Origin: Nibricoccus sp.
GTDB lineage: Bacteria > Verrucomicrobiota > Verrucomicrobiia > Opitutales > Opitutaceae
Direction of reading: 5' to 3'
DNA length: 64,000 bases
NCBI GenBank assembly: GCA_047602425.1
Contig: JASGHG010000001.1
Span: forward strand, 224,001-288,000
The notes beneath the pieces are model-generated. The model made no database searches. It was not told the origin of the DNA and saw only the letters and a program-made list of their open reading frames with translations. The position numbers and the translations under genes are program-made. Positions 38,933 to 48,822 of the stretch are shown here, in pieces. Each line of letters begins with the position of its first letter. The first letter of the stretch is position 1.

Positions 38933-41560
38933 TCAGTTTGGCCCTACGAGTTCGTAATGCAGCGTTTCGTCCTCCGCTGAAGCAGTAAAACGAATGGCGC
39001 CGTCCACCTGCGCGGTCCCTATCTCCTTTTTTCGCGTTCCATCGGGCGCAAGGGCGTAAACTTTGCGTGGCGCAATGCCGGCGAGCAAGATGGTTGCGGG
39101 GACGTACTCGGCTATTGTCGGCCCGTGACCCCATTGGTTGGAGACCGACGTTCGGCTGGCATTCCAGATCATACCTTGATTTTCCGCACGAGCGACCAGC
39201 GTCACCAAAACGCGGCTGGAGATGGCAAGTGGTTTGCCGTCAAGGGCAATGGCGGAAACAGTCGCGAAGTCCCGACCGAACCGAGGACAGATGATCTGCA
39301 AATCCCCTGCCTCAACCGTCGCACCGCCCAAGTAACCCGTCGCGACTGCCACATGCTCGGCCGACGCGAGCAACACGGAACCTTGCGGCGCTTTGACGAC
39401 ATGCGCCGGTTTTGTATCGGTCGTCCCACTTCGGATAATTTTGGCGTTTCCCGTCACCGGCTTGTCGCTGATTTGCAGGCGGCAGTCGAGAAAGTCGAAT
39501 GGGCGGTCGGGATTGAGCTTTGCCCAGAGCATGTCGAAATGCATGGCTTCGCCCCACACGGGCGTGCCAGGCACGAGTTCAGCGACGGCCTCCGCCCGCG
39601 GAATCAAACCCTGGCGGAAAAGCCGCGTCGCAAAAGGAGCGAGTGCCCATTTCGCAGGGTGATTGATCTGGTCGAAAAAGTCCGAGATGCGGCCGTCGGG
39701 ATTCTCCGGGCCATAGGCGCCCAGATCGAAGACGTAAATCGCATCCCAATTTTGACGACAGGCGAAGATGGCGAGCCCCGGGTACATTTCGCAGGCATAT
39801 TCGTTCGGCGCGGCATGATCGTATTCGCTGACAGAATACGGTTTACCGGCGACACGGTGCTGGGCCAGTTCGCCGAGCACGCCAAAACGCCTGGGGCCAA
39901 AGGCGGACACCTGCGGCGTGTTGCGAATGGTCCAGTTCTGCCGGTCCCAATCGCCACCAGGAAAATCGGGATGCTGCCAGTAAGTGTGCGTGTCCGCAAA
40001 ATCCATCGACTGTTCGCGATCGAGCGCGGTGAGGCCGGAAAAGTTGATTTGCGAGCAGATGATCGGTGCCTTCACCTTCAACTCGTCCCGCAGAAAGGCG
40101 CGCATTTCCTCAGCAAAGGCGCGGTCCGTGTCGGCAAGGAAATGTATCCAATCAGCCCATTGCCGCGTGGATGGTTCGCCGGGCAAGGAAATCGTGCGGT
40201 CTTCGAGAGACTCACCCGACTTCAATCCGCCGCTGACGGCGCCGGCAACAAACGTCAGGCCGCGAATCTCGATGGTGTTGGGTTGAGCGGCGACGTTGAA
40301 GCTGAGCGCGGCACGACCACCGGCAACCGAATGCGCCGGAAAGCTCAGCCGGACGGGCGTCCAGGATTTGGCGATATCGACTTTCTCAAGAAGCCCGAGA
40401 CTGCGCCATACCTCGTCGGGCCGGAACAGCAGGTCGTTGGAAACGCCGATGCCGAGTTTCCCCGGCGTGCTGGCGCGCGCCTCAAACGCAACGGTGTAAA
40501 CCACGTTGTCCTCCAATTTGAGTCCACGGGTGGAAATTTGAACGTGCCAGTCGGTCCCGCTCGTTTTTTCGACAACAACTGCAAAACTGGACGCGTCCTT
40601 GCCGGGCTTCAACGTGGCCGCACTTCCGGGCTGCGTTTTCTCCATCCATTGGGCCGAGGCGAAGTCGATAATCGAAGCGGTTTTGGCGGTTTCTTTTGGA
40701 TTTTTCCAGGCGGCGCCCAAAGCGTCTGTGTCACGATAACGACGGGCAAGCCAGTCATTCCACTTCAGCCGCAGGTCGATGCGAAAAGGTTCGGGAAATG
40801 TCTCGGTGCCACGGCCTAGATCGCGCGTGAAAAATCCGAGCAGCGAATTCTCGTTGTTGATTTCGATGACAGCGACCGCGGGATCGTCGGCTAGAGCAAG
40901 GCCGGTGTACGGGTTTTTCTTCGTGAGCAAATGCCGGGCAAATTCCTTCTGGAGCTCAATCATGCGGCGATCGAAAAAGTCGACCCGCTTCTGAAAGTGC
41001 GGTATCTGGCTGACAGAAGCGGGAAAACCGTCGTCCACACCCAGCGTCTTGGAAACCTTGAGATTGAGGTTCGTGTAGATGCCGTGGCGGGCGAGCGTGG
41101 CAATAAGCCGATGGATTTTGTCGATCTGCGCTGGATCGGGCTCGCGCCGCGATGAACGTTCCTTTGACCAGAGACTGCCGCCGCTTTCCACCGCCCAAGG
41201 ATTGTCGAGATGATGGAGGCGGGCGATATTGATCCCGCCCTTGGCCAATCGACGAGCCAGCCTTTCCGCCTCCTCAGCAGATGGGAAGGCTTGGTTCGCC
41301 CCGATATTGACGCCAAAGAATCGGATGAGGCGGCCGTCGCCTCTAACGAACATCCCGTTGCTCGCCGTAATGCGTCCGGTCGCGCCCGCCGGCTCGGCAT
41401 TGAGCCCAGCCGCGTCGAGCGCGGTGCCATCGACCGGCTCGATCATTGGCCACACAAACCAGCCTTGGGGCGTGTTTGCAGGTTCGGCTGCGTTCGTTAA
41501 AAATGTAGATCCACAAAAAAGGCCCAGTACAACAAGGAACGCGGCGGGGAAACGGGTCAT
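38933..41560 (-). CDS. Secreted clan GH-A (GH5-like) glycoside hydrolase with inserted CBM4/9-like domain
   Basis: Signal peptide; RFFGVN, N.ARLHHLD, EINNENSL (acid/base), DTHTYWQHP, SVSEY (nucleophile); insert WHVQI...YTVAFEARA. Confidence 0.75.
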   Translation of the reverse strand: MTRFPAAFLVVLGLFCGSTFLTNAAEPANTPQGWFVWPMIEPVDGTALDAAGLNAEPAGATGRITASNGMFVRGDGRLIRFFGVNIGANQAFPSAEEAERLARRLAKGGINIARLHHLDNPWAVESGGSLWSKERSSRREPDPAQIDKIHRLIATLARHGIYTNLNLKVSKTLGVDDGFPASVSQIPHFQKRVDFFDRRMIELQKEFARHLLTKKNPYTGLALADDPAVAVIEINNENSLLGFFTRDLGRGTETFPEPFRIDLRLKWNDWLARRYRDTDALGAAWKNPKETAKTASIIDFASAQWMEKTQPGSAATLKPGKDASSFAVVVEKTSGTDWHVQISTRGLKLEDNVVYTVAFEARASTPGKLGIGVSNDLLFRPDEVWRSLGLLEKVDIAKSWTPVRLSFPAHSVAGGRAALSFNVAAQPNTIEIRGLTFVAGAVSGGLKSGESLEDRTISLPGEPSTRQWADWIHFLADTDRAFAEEMRAFLRDELKVKAPIICSQINFSGLTALDREQSMDFADTHTYWQHPDFPGGDWDRQNWTIRNTPQVSAFGPRRFGVLGELAQHRVAGKPYSVSEYDHAAPNEYACEMYPGLAIFACRQNWDAIYVFDLGAYGPENPDGRISDFFDQINHPAKWALAPFATRLFRQGLIPRAEAVAELVPGTPVWGEAMHFDMLWAKLNPDRPFDFLDCRLQISDKPVTGNAKIIRSGTTDTKPAHVVKAPQGSVLLASAEHVAVATGYLGGATVEAGDLQIICPRFGRDFATVSAIALDGKPLAISSRVLVTLVARAENQGMIWNASRTSVSNQWGHGPTIAEYVPATILLAGIAPRKVYALAPDGTRKKEIGTAQVDGAIRFTASAEDETLHYELVGPN

Positions 41561-42049
41561 TGTTAAAATGGCTGTGCGTGAGCGAGCGAAATATGAGCGG
41601 TGAAACTAACTCGTTGAACCAGGAAAGTGGAAAAAAATTAGGACATGACGGTGGCTGGCGAAAACAATTGCCGAACAGGTTATAAGACCCAACCATGCGC
41701 AATGCGGACGAGGCAACCCGAGACCGAGCTAAATAGGAATCGGACTGCGAGTGACGGAATGGGAAACGGGAAGCGGATTCAAATGCAGAAAATTGAGACT
41801 GGTGTTCGCACCATTAAAAGTCCTTGCCGCCGTATTGTATCGTTCGACGGCTCGCATAAACCGCCGGCAAAGCGACCCCGCCGATCCGCGTTATACTCTG
41901 TTTGTCATTGTCTTATAAAACACCATTCCACGTGCCATGACTACTTTTCATCCGTTCACAAAAACGGCCGCTCTTTTGAATAATCGTGGGCAGAACACTA
42001 TTGGAGTTGAAGGAGTACAATTCTGGGGGTATTCAATCTTGCACTACTA

Positions 42050-42259
42050 ATGTCTAGCGCTCTCCAGATTGCTTCAGTTGCCCTGTGTGCCTGCGTGGTC
42101 TTCGTCTTGTTTCTTATCAGGCGTTCGCCGGCTGGAACTGAAGACAAACGGGGATTTCACGCCGATGAACAGGCTGAAGAAGCCGATGAACGCCGGGTTT
42201 CCAAACCGATCGATCAGACCGCTGCGGTCCCCTGCAAATCGACGGTTTTGAAAAAATAA
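42050..42259 (+). CDS. Small hypothetical membrane-anchored protein
   Basis: 69 aa, one N-terminal TM helix followed by RRSPAGTEDKRGFH; in a long intergenic region. Confidence 0.5.
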   Translation: MSSALQIASVALCACVVFVLFLIRRSPAGTEDKRGFHADEQAEEADERRVSKPIDQTAAVPCKSTVLKK

Positions 42260-42345
42260 AAAGACCGGTCGTTTACCATTTTGGTTGGCGCGGAAAAAAA
42301 CTTCCGCGGATTCGGCGTAAGGTAAGCACGGTTTCTGCTACAGCG

Positions 42346-42668
42346 TAGTGCACTAAAAACTGCACACCTATTTGTCCGCTGGGGAGAATTCATTTCCACC
42401 TGCGAAAAGATTCGAGGGACCACACTATTTTTCAACGAAGCATCACTGCGAACTGCACGAATCGAACAAGAAAACTGCACGCTTTTGCGCATCACCACGA
42501 GGCCATGAATTATATATCTTCACCACAGCGCCCCGAGGTATTTCCGATAAGCGCATAGGGATTTTTCTGAGCGGAACAAATTTTTTGCGAAGTGTTCTAT
42601 TGCACGACTTGAACCAGGGAGCGTCCACGTATCGGACGAAAAAACATTCAGCGTATTAACAACTGCAC
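42346..42668 (+). promoter_or_regulatory. Cluster of repeated AACTGCAC motifs upstream of the EPS operon
   Basis: Exact AACTGCAC at 42358, 42451, 42473 and 42661; TAGTGCACTA palindrome at 42346-55; ATTGCAC at 42599. Confidence 0.5.
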
Positions 42669-42719
42669 CAACCAAAGCGGCTGCCTAAAAGCCAAAATGT
42701 CGACGATCACCACCAACGC

Positions 42720-44921
42720 ATGAAATCGAAAGATCCTGGAACTCTCGACCTGTGGGAGCTGATCCATCTCTTCCGAAATTATATCGGAACGATCTTCCTC
42801 TGCCTTCTGCTTTCCTTGGGGGCGGCTTATTTCTATCTGCGGGAAACGCCGCCCGTCTATACTTCGTCCGTCTTGCTGGAAATCGCACCGGACACACGCG
42901 AACAGGAACCAAACTCCAGTATCCCAAATCTCGATACATCCAATGTTCTCAGGACAATAAACCTGAAAATCGCCAGCCAGTCGGTGCTTCTCCGCGTGAT
43001 CAAGGCCAATAATCTTGCGGAGGACCCTGATTTCATCTCTCGGCAGAAAGGAGGTTTTTTTGCGCAGACTTTGCCGGCCTTCCTTCGACGCGTAAAAGTG
43101 GATCGCTACGTCGATCTCGGCACCTGGGGTTTGCCGGAGCCTGAAACCAATCACACCTTTTCGGATCTCGAATTGGTCCACACTTTCACGAAAAAGGTTT
43201 CAGTCGATCTTGTGCGAGGCACGCGTCTGATATCTGTTGCGGTCAAAGATCGGAATCCGGAGCGGGCGCAGCGTCTTGCTCAGTCGCTGATCGACGAATT
43301 TTTCAAGGAGTCGTGGGAGGAACGCAGCGGCAATGTGGAATCCGCCCGCAAGCTTTTGCTCGCCGAAGTCACGCGCGACAGCGAAGCACTGAGGACTTCA
43401 GAGGAAAAGCTCGAAGCCTATCGAAAAAAATACAACGCCGTGTCGCTGGAGGCGCAGCAAAATATTGTCGTCGATCGCCTCCGCGACCTGAACCGCCAGG
43501 TTTCCGAAGCGCAGAATGTAAGTCTGGCCCTCGCGCCAGATGCAGAACGCGCGCGAATGATGTCCAATTCCGATCCTGACCAGTTTCTGAGCATTCGCAG
43601 CATCGCCGAACTTCCGGAAATCGTCGAATTACGCAGGCAGACCGTCCTGCAGGAAGCACAGGTTGCCATGCTTTCAAAGCGGTATGGTCCCAGCCACCCA
43701 ACCATGGTTCAGGCCCAAGGGCAGTTGCAGGAGCTTCGCACCTCCTTGCATGCCAGTCTCCGCAAGGCCAGCGATCGCATGGTACAAAGCTACGAGTCGG
43801 CCAAGGCTACCGAAAAGTCCCTGCGCGACGCGCTTGCCGAACAGGAACAAATCTCCATGGAACTTGGCCGTATCGCCATCCCCTATCATGCGCTGGAGCG
43901 GGAGGTTCAGGCCAATGCATCGATGTATGAAAAAGTCCTGGCCAGTCTGAAACAACTGGATGCCCGGCACAGCCTTCTCACGATCAACGACGTGGATGGA
44001 GTGGATGTCCGTATCGTCGAAAAACCGCTCACGCCGACCAAGCCATCACACCCAAGACCGAAATTGGCGTTCGCGCTGGCCGGAGCGGTCGGCCTGTTTT
44101 TCGGTTGCGGCCTGGCTTTGATGTTTCGCGCGCTGGACAATACCATGTCCTCGATCGACGCCGCGGAATCGTTCCTCGGCCTCAGTGTCCTCACGACCAT
44201 TCCCCGCTCACGGCACCGGCGGCTCACGGCCAAACCAGTCGTTATCGAGCGCCCGGCTTCGGCTGAGGCAGAATCGTTCCGTTCTTTGCGCACCTCGCTC
44301 TCGCTGCTGCCGGGACAGGACGATAAAAAATGTATTCTTTTTACCAGCGCGGTCCCCAATGAAGGGAAAAGTTACTGCTCATTTAATACCGCGGCGGCTT
44401 TTGCCCAGCAGGGCTTCCGGACGCTCCTCATCGATGGAGATTTCAGGCGACCCAGCTTGCAGCAGATGCTTGTCGGCTGGAATGACTACCCCGGCCTGAC
44501 CGACTGTCTGCAGCAGCCCGATCTTTTTCAGTCCGCCGTGGTACAAACCCCCATCGAGAATCTTTTCTGCCTTGGCGACCGGTCCCGTCATCCCCATGGC
44601 GCCGAATGGCTCGGCCGAGTCGGGCTCGATGAGATCCTAAAGCGGGCTGAACCTTATTTTGAGAGAATCGTGATTGATTCCGCTCCTTTGATGGCGGTGA
44701 GCGATACACTCTCTATCGCCAAGAATGCCTCTATCATCTGCCTCGTCGTCCATGCGGGCCACACTCCCCGCCGCCTCGTGCGCCGAGCCGTCAAGATGCT
44801 GGAGGAGGTCGCAAAACGCACCGCGACCGGCGTGATTTTGAATAAAGCGAGCCGTCAGAATTCCGCTGAGCATTATTATTACTATTCCAGTCCGGCAAAG
44901 CATAGCCCCGCCCCAAAATAA
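42720..44921 (+). CDS. wzc: Polysaccharide co-polymerase/tyrosine autokinase (Wzc/GumC)
   Basis: N-terminal TM, coiled coil with YGPSHP, second TM, AESFRSLRT, Walker A SAVPNEGKS, IDGDFRRP, IVIDSAP, Tyr cluster HYYYY. Confidence 0.92.
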   Translation: MKSKDPGTLDLWELIHLFRNYIGTIFLCLLLSLGAAYFYLRETPPVYTSSVLLEIAPDTREQEPNSSIPNLDTSNVLRTINLKIASQSVLLRVIKANNLAEDPDFISRQKGGFFAQTLPAFLRRVKVDRYVDLGTWGLPEPETNHTFSDLELVHTFTKKVSVDLVRGTRLISVAVKDRNPERAQRLAQSLIDEFFKESWEERSGNVESARKLLLAEVTRDSEALRTSEEKLEAYRKKYNAVSLEAQQNIVVDRLRDLNRQVSEAQNVSLALAPDAERARMMSNSDPDQFLSIRSIAELPEIVELRRQTVLQEAQVAMLSKRYGPSHPTMVQAQGQLQELRTSLHASLRKASDRMVQSYESAKATEKSLRDALAEQEQISMELGRIAIPYHALEREVQANASMYEKVLASLKQLDARHSLLTINDVDGVDVRIVEKPLTPTKPSHPRPKLAFALAGAVGLFFGCGLALMFRALDNTMSSIDAAESFLGLSVLTTIPRSRHRRLTAKPVVIERPASAEAESFRSLRTSLSLLPGQDDKKCILFTSAVPNEGKSYCSFNTAAAFAQQGFRTLLIDGDFRRPSLQQMLVGWNDYPGLTDCLQQPDLFQSAVVQTPIENLFCLGDRSRHPHGAEWLGRVGLDEILKRAEPYFERIVIDSAPLMAVSDTLSIAKNASIICLVVHAGHTPRRLVRRAVKMLEEVAKRTATGVILNKASRQNSAEHYYYYSSPAKHSPAPK

Positions 44922-44944
44922 CATGAAAGGAGAGTATCCATATT

Positions 44945-46411
44945 ATGAACCATGTAACGGCGGCCAAACCGGCCATGTTTTCGACGGAACAGAAGACGCG
45001 GACTCACCACGCCGCGACTGCTGTTTTGCTCGCGGGATTGATGGGAGACACCATTGTCATATTTCTGGCATTGGTCTTTAGCAGTTGGTTGCGCTTCGAG
45101 ACACCACTCGTGCATATTGGGACCGGAACATACGGTCTTCACTGGACAGACTACTTCGATAAATCCGTTTTCGGTGCGCTGCTATTCAGCCTGTTGCTGC
45201 CGCACCGGCAAATGTACGACGTGCATTTGATTTTGAACCTTCGGCGAACGACACCGGTCATCGTCAAAGCCGCTGTGAGTTGGTTTCTGGCCTACATGAC
45301 GTTGTCGTGGCTGCTTCGGTATGACCGCGAAATCAGCCGCGTTTACGTGATCATCGCTTTCGTTGTCACCACGTCGTCGCTGATTCTCTGGCGAAGATTG
45401 TTGTACTCGATCATCAGCAGTGAGGCGATTGCGCAGAGGTTGCGCCAGCGAATTCTGTTCGTCGGCTGGTCGGAACCTGCCTCGGCCATCGTCGGAGCCA
45501 TCAATAGCGACCGTCGACATTTGTATTCTGTCGCCGGATACGTTCCATCCGATCAGAGTCCGTCCACCGGTTATCCCGATCCCACAATCCGGCGGCTCGG
45601 CAGCCTCGCCCACATCGAGCACGTTTTGGAAAATCACGATATCGATATCGTCCTCCTCGCCGATCTCAACCCGACCGCCGACGACACCGTGGCGTTGGCT
45701 AACCTGTGCGAAAAGGAAATGATCGAGTTCAAGGTCATACCGAGTAATTGCTTTGAAATCTTTCTGTCCTGCCTGCGCCTGCAGACCGTCAGCAGCGTGC
45801 CCGTTCTCGGTGTGGCGAGTTTCCCGCTGGACCTGCCTCTGAACGTTCTCAGCAAGCAGGTGATCGATTTCGTCGGCGGCCTGGTGGGCTTTCTCCTCAG
45901 CGCACCCATCATTACGCTTTTCGGCGTGCTCGTTTATCTCGAAAGCCCGGGACCCATCATCTACCGGCAATGCCGGCTGGGGCGTTACGGTCAGCCTTTT
46001 TGGATCTACAAAATCCGCAGCATGAAAATGGATGCGGAGGCCAATGGCGCCGTGGGCTGGACCGTGCAGGACGATCCCCGCCGGTTGCGTGTCGGCGCGT
46101 TCATGCGCCGCTGGAACATCGATGAACTGCCCCAGTTCTGGAATGTCCTCAAGGGCGATATGAGCCTCGTGGGGCCGCGTCCTGAACGTCCCGAACTAAT
46201 AAAAATCTTCAAAGAAGAGATCCCGCACTACAACGCGCGCCACAACATCAAGCCCGGCATCACCGGCTGGGCCCAGGTGAACGGCTTTCGCGGCAACACC
46301 GATCTTGGTGAACGCATCCGTTGCGATCTCTACTATATCGAGAATTGGAGCATGCTGCTCGATTTCCAGATCATGTTCATGACCCTTTGGTCCAGGAAAA
46401 ATGCCTGCTGA
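44945..46411 (+). CDS. Initiating polyprenyl-phosphate glycosylphosphotransferase (WcaJ-like)
   Basis: Four N-terminal TM segments; YKIRSM, DDPR, DELPQFWNVLKGDMSLVGPRPE, KPGITGWAQVNG, DLYYIENWS. Confidence 0.93.
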   Translation: MNHVTAAKPAMFSTEQKTRTHHAATAVLLAGLMGDTIVIFLALVFSSWLRFETPLVHIGTGTYGLHWTDYFDKSVFGALLFSLLLPHRQMYDVHLILNLRRTTPVIVKAAVSWFLAYMTLSWLLRYDREISRVYVIIAFVVTTSSLILWRRLLYSIISSEAIAQRLRQRILFVGWSEPASAIVGAINSDRRHLYSVAGYVPSDQSPSTGYPDPTIRRLGSLAHIEHVLENHDIDIVLLADLNPTADDTVALANLCEKEMIEFKVIPSNCFEIFLSCLRLQTVSSVPVLGVASFPLDLPLNVLSKQVIDFVGGLVGFLLSAPIITLFGVLVYLESPGPIIYRQCRLGRYGQPFWIYKIRSMKMDAEANGAVGWTVQDDPRRLRVGAFMRRWNIDELPQFWNVLKGDMSLVGPRPERPELIKIFKEEIPHYNARHNIKPGITGWAQVNGFRGNTDLGERIRCDLYYIENWSMLLDFQIMFMTLWSRKNAC

Positions 46412-46423
46412 CTCGGCTCAAAA

Positions 46424-47602
46424 ATGAAAATCGCCTACGTTTTTCATCGGGATGCAGCCAATCCTTCCGTCCAATCAGGCCGCCCTGCGGCCATACTGGA
46501 CGAGTTTTACCGTGCGGGCGTGGAAATTGAGCCGGTGTTTCCGCTCAACACCCGCCCTGCACCACGGTGGGTGGCCAAAAAAATATTTTGCCGGATGTTT
46601 GGCCGCTACTACCGCTGGGACCGCGAACCGGAGTATCTGGCGTCGTTCGCGCGGGAATTTCATACCCGCACGATTGGAAAAAGCGTGGACCTTATTTTCA
46701 GCCCGGGTTCGGAAGTGGTCTCGCATCTGCAAACGAGGAAGCCGATCACCTTTTGCGCCGACGCGACCTTCGCCAACCTCGTCGATTATTACCGGGACTT
46801 CTCCGATGTAACGACCGAATATTGCCAGCAAGGCCATCGCCAGGAGGAGGCTTCGCTCGCGCGAGCGCACCTCGCCATTTATCCATCCGAATGGGCCGCC
46901 CGTTCGGCGATTGAATATTACGGCGCGGAACCCGGCAAAGTGGCCATCATTCCGTTCGGAGCGAACCTCGGCCGGCAAAACGAACGGTCGCAAGTTTGGC
47001 GGTGGATAGAGGATCGGTCGCAGAAATGCCTTCGCCTGCTCTTTGTCGGCCGCCACTGGCGTCGCAAAGGCGGCGAAATTGTCGTCGCGACCGCAAAGCG
47101 GTTGGTCCAGGCCGGCCATCAAGTGGAACTGGACGTCGTGGGCTGCAAAATCCCGCGCGCATATCGCGGGCTTCCCTGGATCAGGCAACATGGCGTGCTC
47201 TTTTCCAACATCCCCGCCCACGTTCAAAAGCTCGCCCACCTCTTCGCACAGGCGCATTTCGTTTTCGTGCCATCCCGTGCCGAAGCCTACGGCATGACTT
47301 TTGCCGAGGGCAACGCATTCGGCCTCCCCGTGGTCACAACCGCAACCGGCGGCATCCCCACCATCGTGCGCGATGGTTGGAACGGCCTGCTGCTTCCTCC
47401 GTCCGCGACCGCAACCGACTACGCCGACGCGATCGCCGCCACTTTTTCCAAACCCGAATACTACCGCCAAATCTGCCGGCAAGCCTTCGACGAATTTGAA
47501 CAGCGCTTAAACTGGAGAATGTTCTGCCGGAGATACCTCGAACTAGCGGAAGACTGCTGTCGCCGGTTGGAACGGAGCAATATGGCCGAACACCGCTCAT
47601 AA
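46424..47602 (+). CDS. GT4 glycosyltransferase
   Basis: LLFVGR.W.RKG, PSRAEAYGM...EGNAFGLPVV, G.NG.LL. Confidence 0.9.
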   Translation: MKIAYVFHRDAANPSVQSGRPAAILDEFYRAGVEIEPVFPLNTRPAPRWVAKKIFCRMFGRYYRWDREPEYLASFAREFHTRTIGKSVDLIFSPGSEVVSHLQTRKPITFCADATFANLVDYYRDFSDVTTEYCQQGHRQEEASLARAHLAIYPSEWAARSAIEYYGAEPGKVAIIPFGANLGRQNERSQVWRWIEDRSQKCLRLLFVGRHWRRKGGEIVVATAKRLVQAGHQVELDVVGCKIPRAYRGLPWIRQHGVLFSNIPAHVQKLAHLFAQAHFVFVPSRAEAYGMTFAEGNAFGLPVVTTATGGIPTIVRDGWNGLLLPPSATATDYADAIAATFSKPEYYRQICRQAFDEFEQRLNWRMFCRRYLELAEDCCRRLERSNMAEHRS

Positions 47603-47611
47603 TTTTTCGCC

Positions 47612-48808
47612 ATGCGAGTCGCCTTTCTCACAAACCAATTTCTAGATCCACGCAAGCCCACCTCGTGGTCAGGACTTCCCTATTTCACGCGGCGTGCGCT
47701 GGAGGATGCAGGGGTCGAAACGCTGTTGATCGACTGCGAGGAAAGCCACCAGCTGGAATATTGGTCGCGCTTTTTTTATTGGAAACTCCTGCGCCGAAAA
47801 CGTTATCTCCGCAATTGCAACAAGGCCCTGTTGCGAGGCTACGGGGAGCAAATTGCACGCAAATTGACTGATGGCCCGCCCGTGGAGGCAGTCTTCAGTT
47901 TAAGCACGTGGCTGCTGGCATATCTCGAAACCGATTTGCCCGTTTTGCTTCACACGGATGGTTGTTTTGGCGCATTGCTGGGCTTCTACGAATCGTTTAG
48001 CAACCTCGCGCCTCCCAGCATAAGGGACGGACATGAGGTCGAGCGGCTCGCGTTGAATCGCTGCACTCGCATTGCGTACTCCAGTCATTGGGCGGCGCGC
48101 GCCGCGCAGGAGTTCTACAAGGTGGATGCTGCAAAGATCGACGTGGTGTTCTATGGCGCCGGCCTGCATGAACCGCCCGATGCCGAAGCCGTCGCTCGTT
48201 CGATTCGTGAACGCGACCTTACGGTTTGTGAACTCCTCCTTGTCGGTGTCGACTGGGTGCGCAAGGGAGCTGAAATCGCGGTTCAGACCGCGGTGGCCCT
48301 TCAGGATCTCGGCTGCGATGTCCGGCTCACCATCGTCGGTTGTGCACCGCCAAAAACCACAACCCTTCCACCCTGTGTCGAGGTAATTCCTTTTATCGAC
48401 AAGGGTACCGCCGAGGGACGCCGCCGCCTCAACGACCTATATATGCGGAGTCATTTCTTTATCCTGCCTTCGCGCGCCGAGGCGTCCGCCGTCGTTTTCT
48501 CGGAGGCAAGCGCCTATGGCCTGCCCAGTCTGGCCGCCGACGTCGGAGGACTCTCTTCCATCATCCTCAATGATGTGAACGGCCGCCTGTTCAGCCTGGC
48601 TGAAGACGGTCGCGCCTACGCAAACTACTTGTTAGAACTAATAGGCAACCCGGCGCGCTATCGGGCCCTCGCGGCCCGCTCGCTGGGTGAATTTCGCACC
48701 CGCCTGTCGTGGAAAGTGTCAGGACAAAAACTGGCTACAATTCTCGGCGAAATGACGGCCCCGCGAACCCGCCCAATGCTGCCGGACAAACTCACCGCGC
48801 GAGCCTAA
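47612..48808 (+). CDS. GT4 glycosyltransferase (paralog-like to previous gene)
   Basis: VGVDWVRKG, LPSRAEA...SEASAYGLP, DVGG, VNG.LF. Confidence 0.9.
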   Translation: MRVAFLTNQFLDPRKPTSWSGLPYFTRRALEDAGVETLLIDCEESHQLEYWSRFFYWKLLRRKRYLRNCNKALLRGYGEQIARKLTDGPPVEAVFSLSTWLLAYLETDLPVLLHTDGCFGALLGFYESFSNLAPPSIRDGHEVERLALNRCTRIAYSSHWAARAAQEFYKVDAAKIDVVFYGAGLHEPPDAEAVARSIRERDLTVCELLLVGVDWVRKGAEIAVQTAVALQDLGCDVRLTIVGCAPPKTTTLPPCVEVIPFIDKGTAEGRRRLNDLYMRSHFFILPSRAEASAVVFSEASAYGLPSLAADVGGLSSIILNDVNGRLFSLAEDGRAYANYLLELIGNPARYRALAARSLGEFRTRLSWKVSGQKLATILGEMTAPRTRPMLPDKLTARA

Positions 48809-48822
48809 CCAATCCGTTGCCT

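Noticed and set aside
39125..40819. 564-aa plus-strand ORF
   Set aside because: Antisense shadow of the GH5-like gene.
41850..41900. Possible c-di-GMP riboswitch (GGCAAAG) upstream of EPS genes
   Set aside because: Lacks the GNRA/receptor two-stem pattern by eye; would need an Infernal scan.
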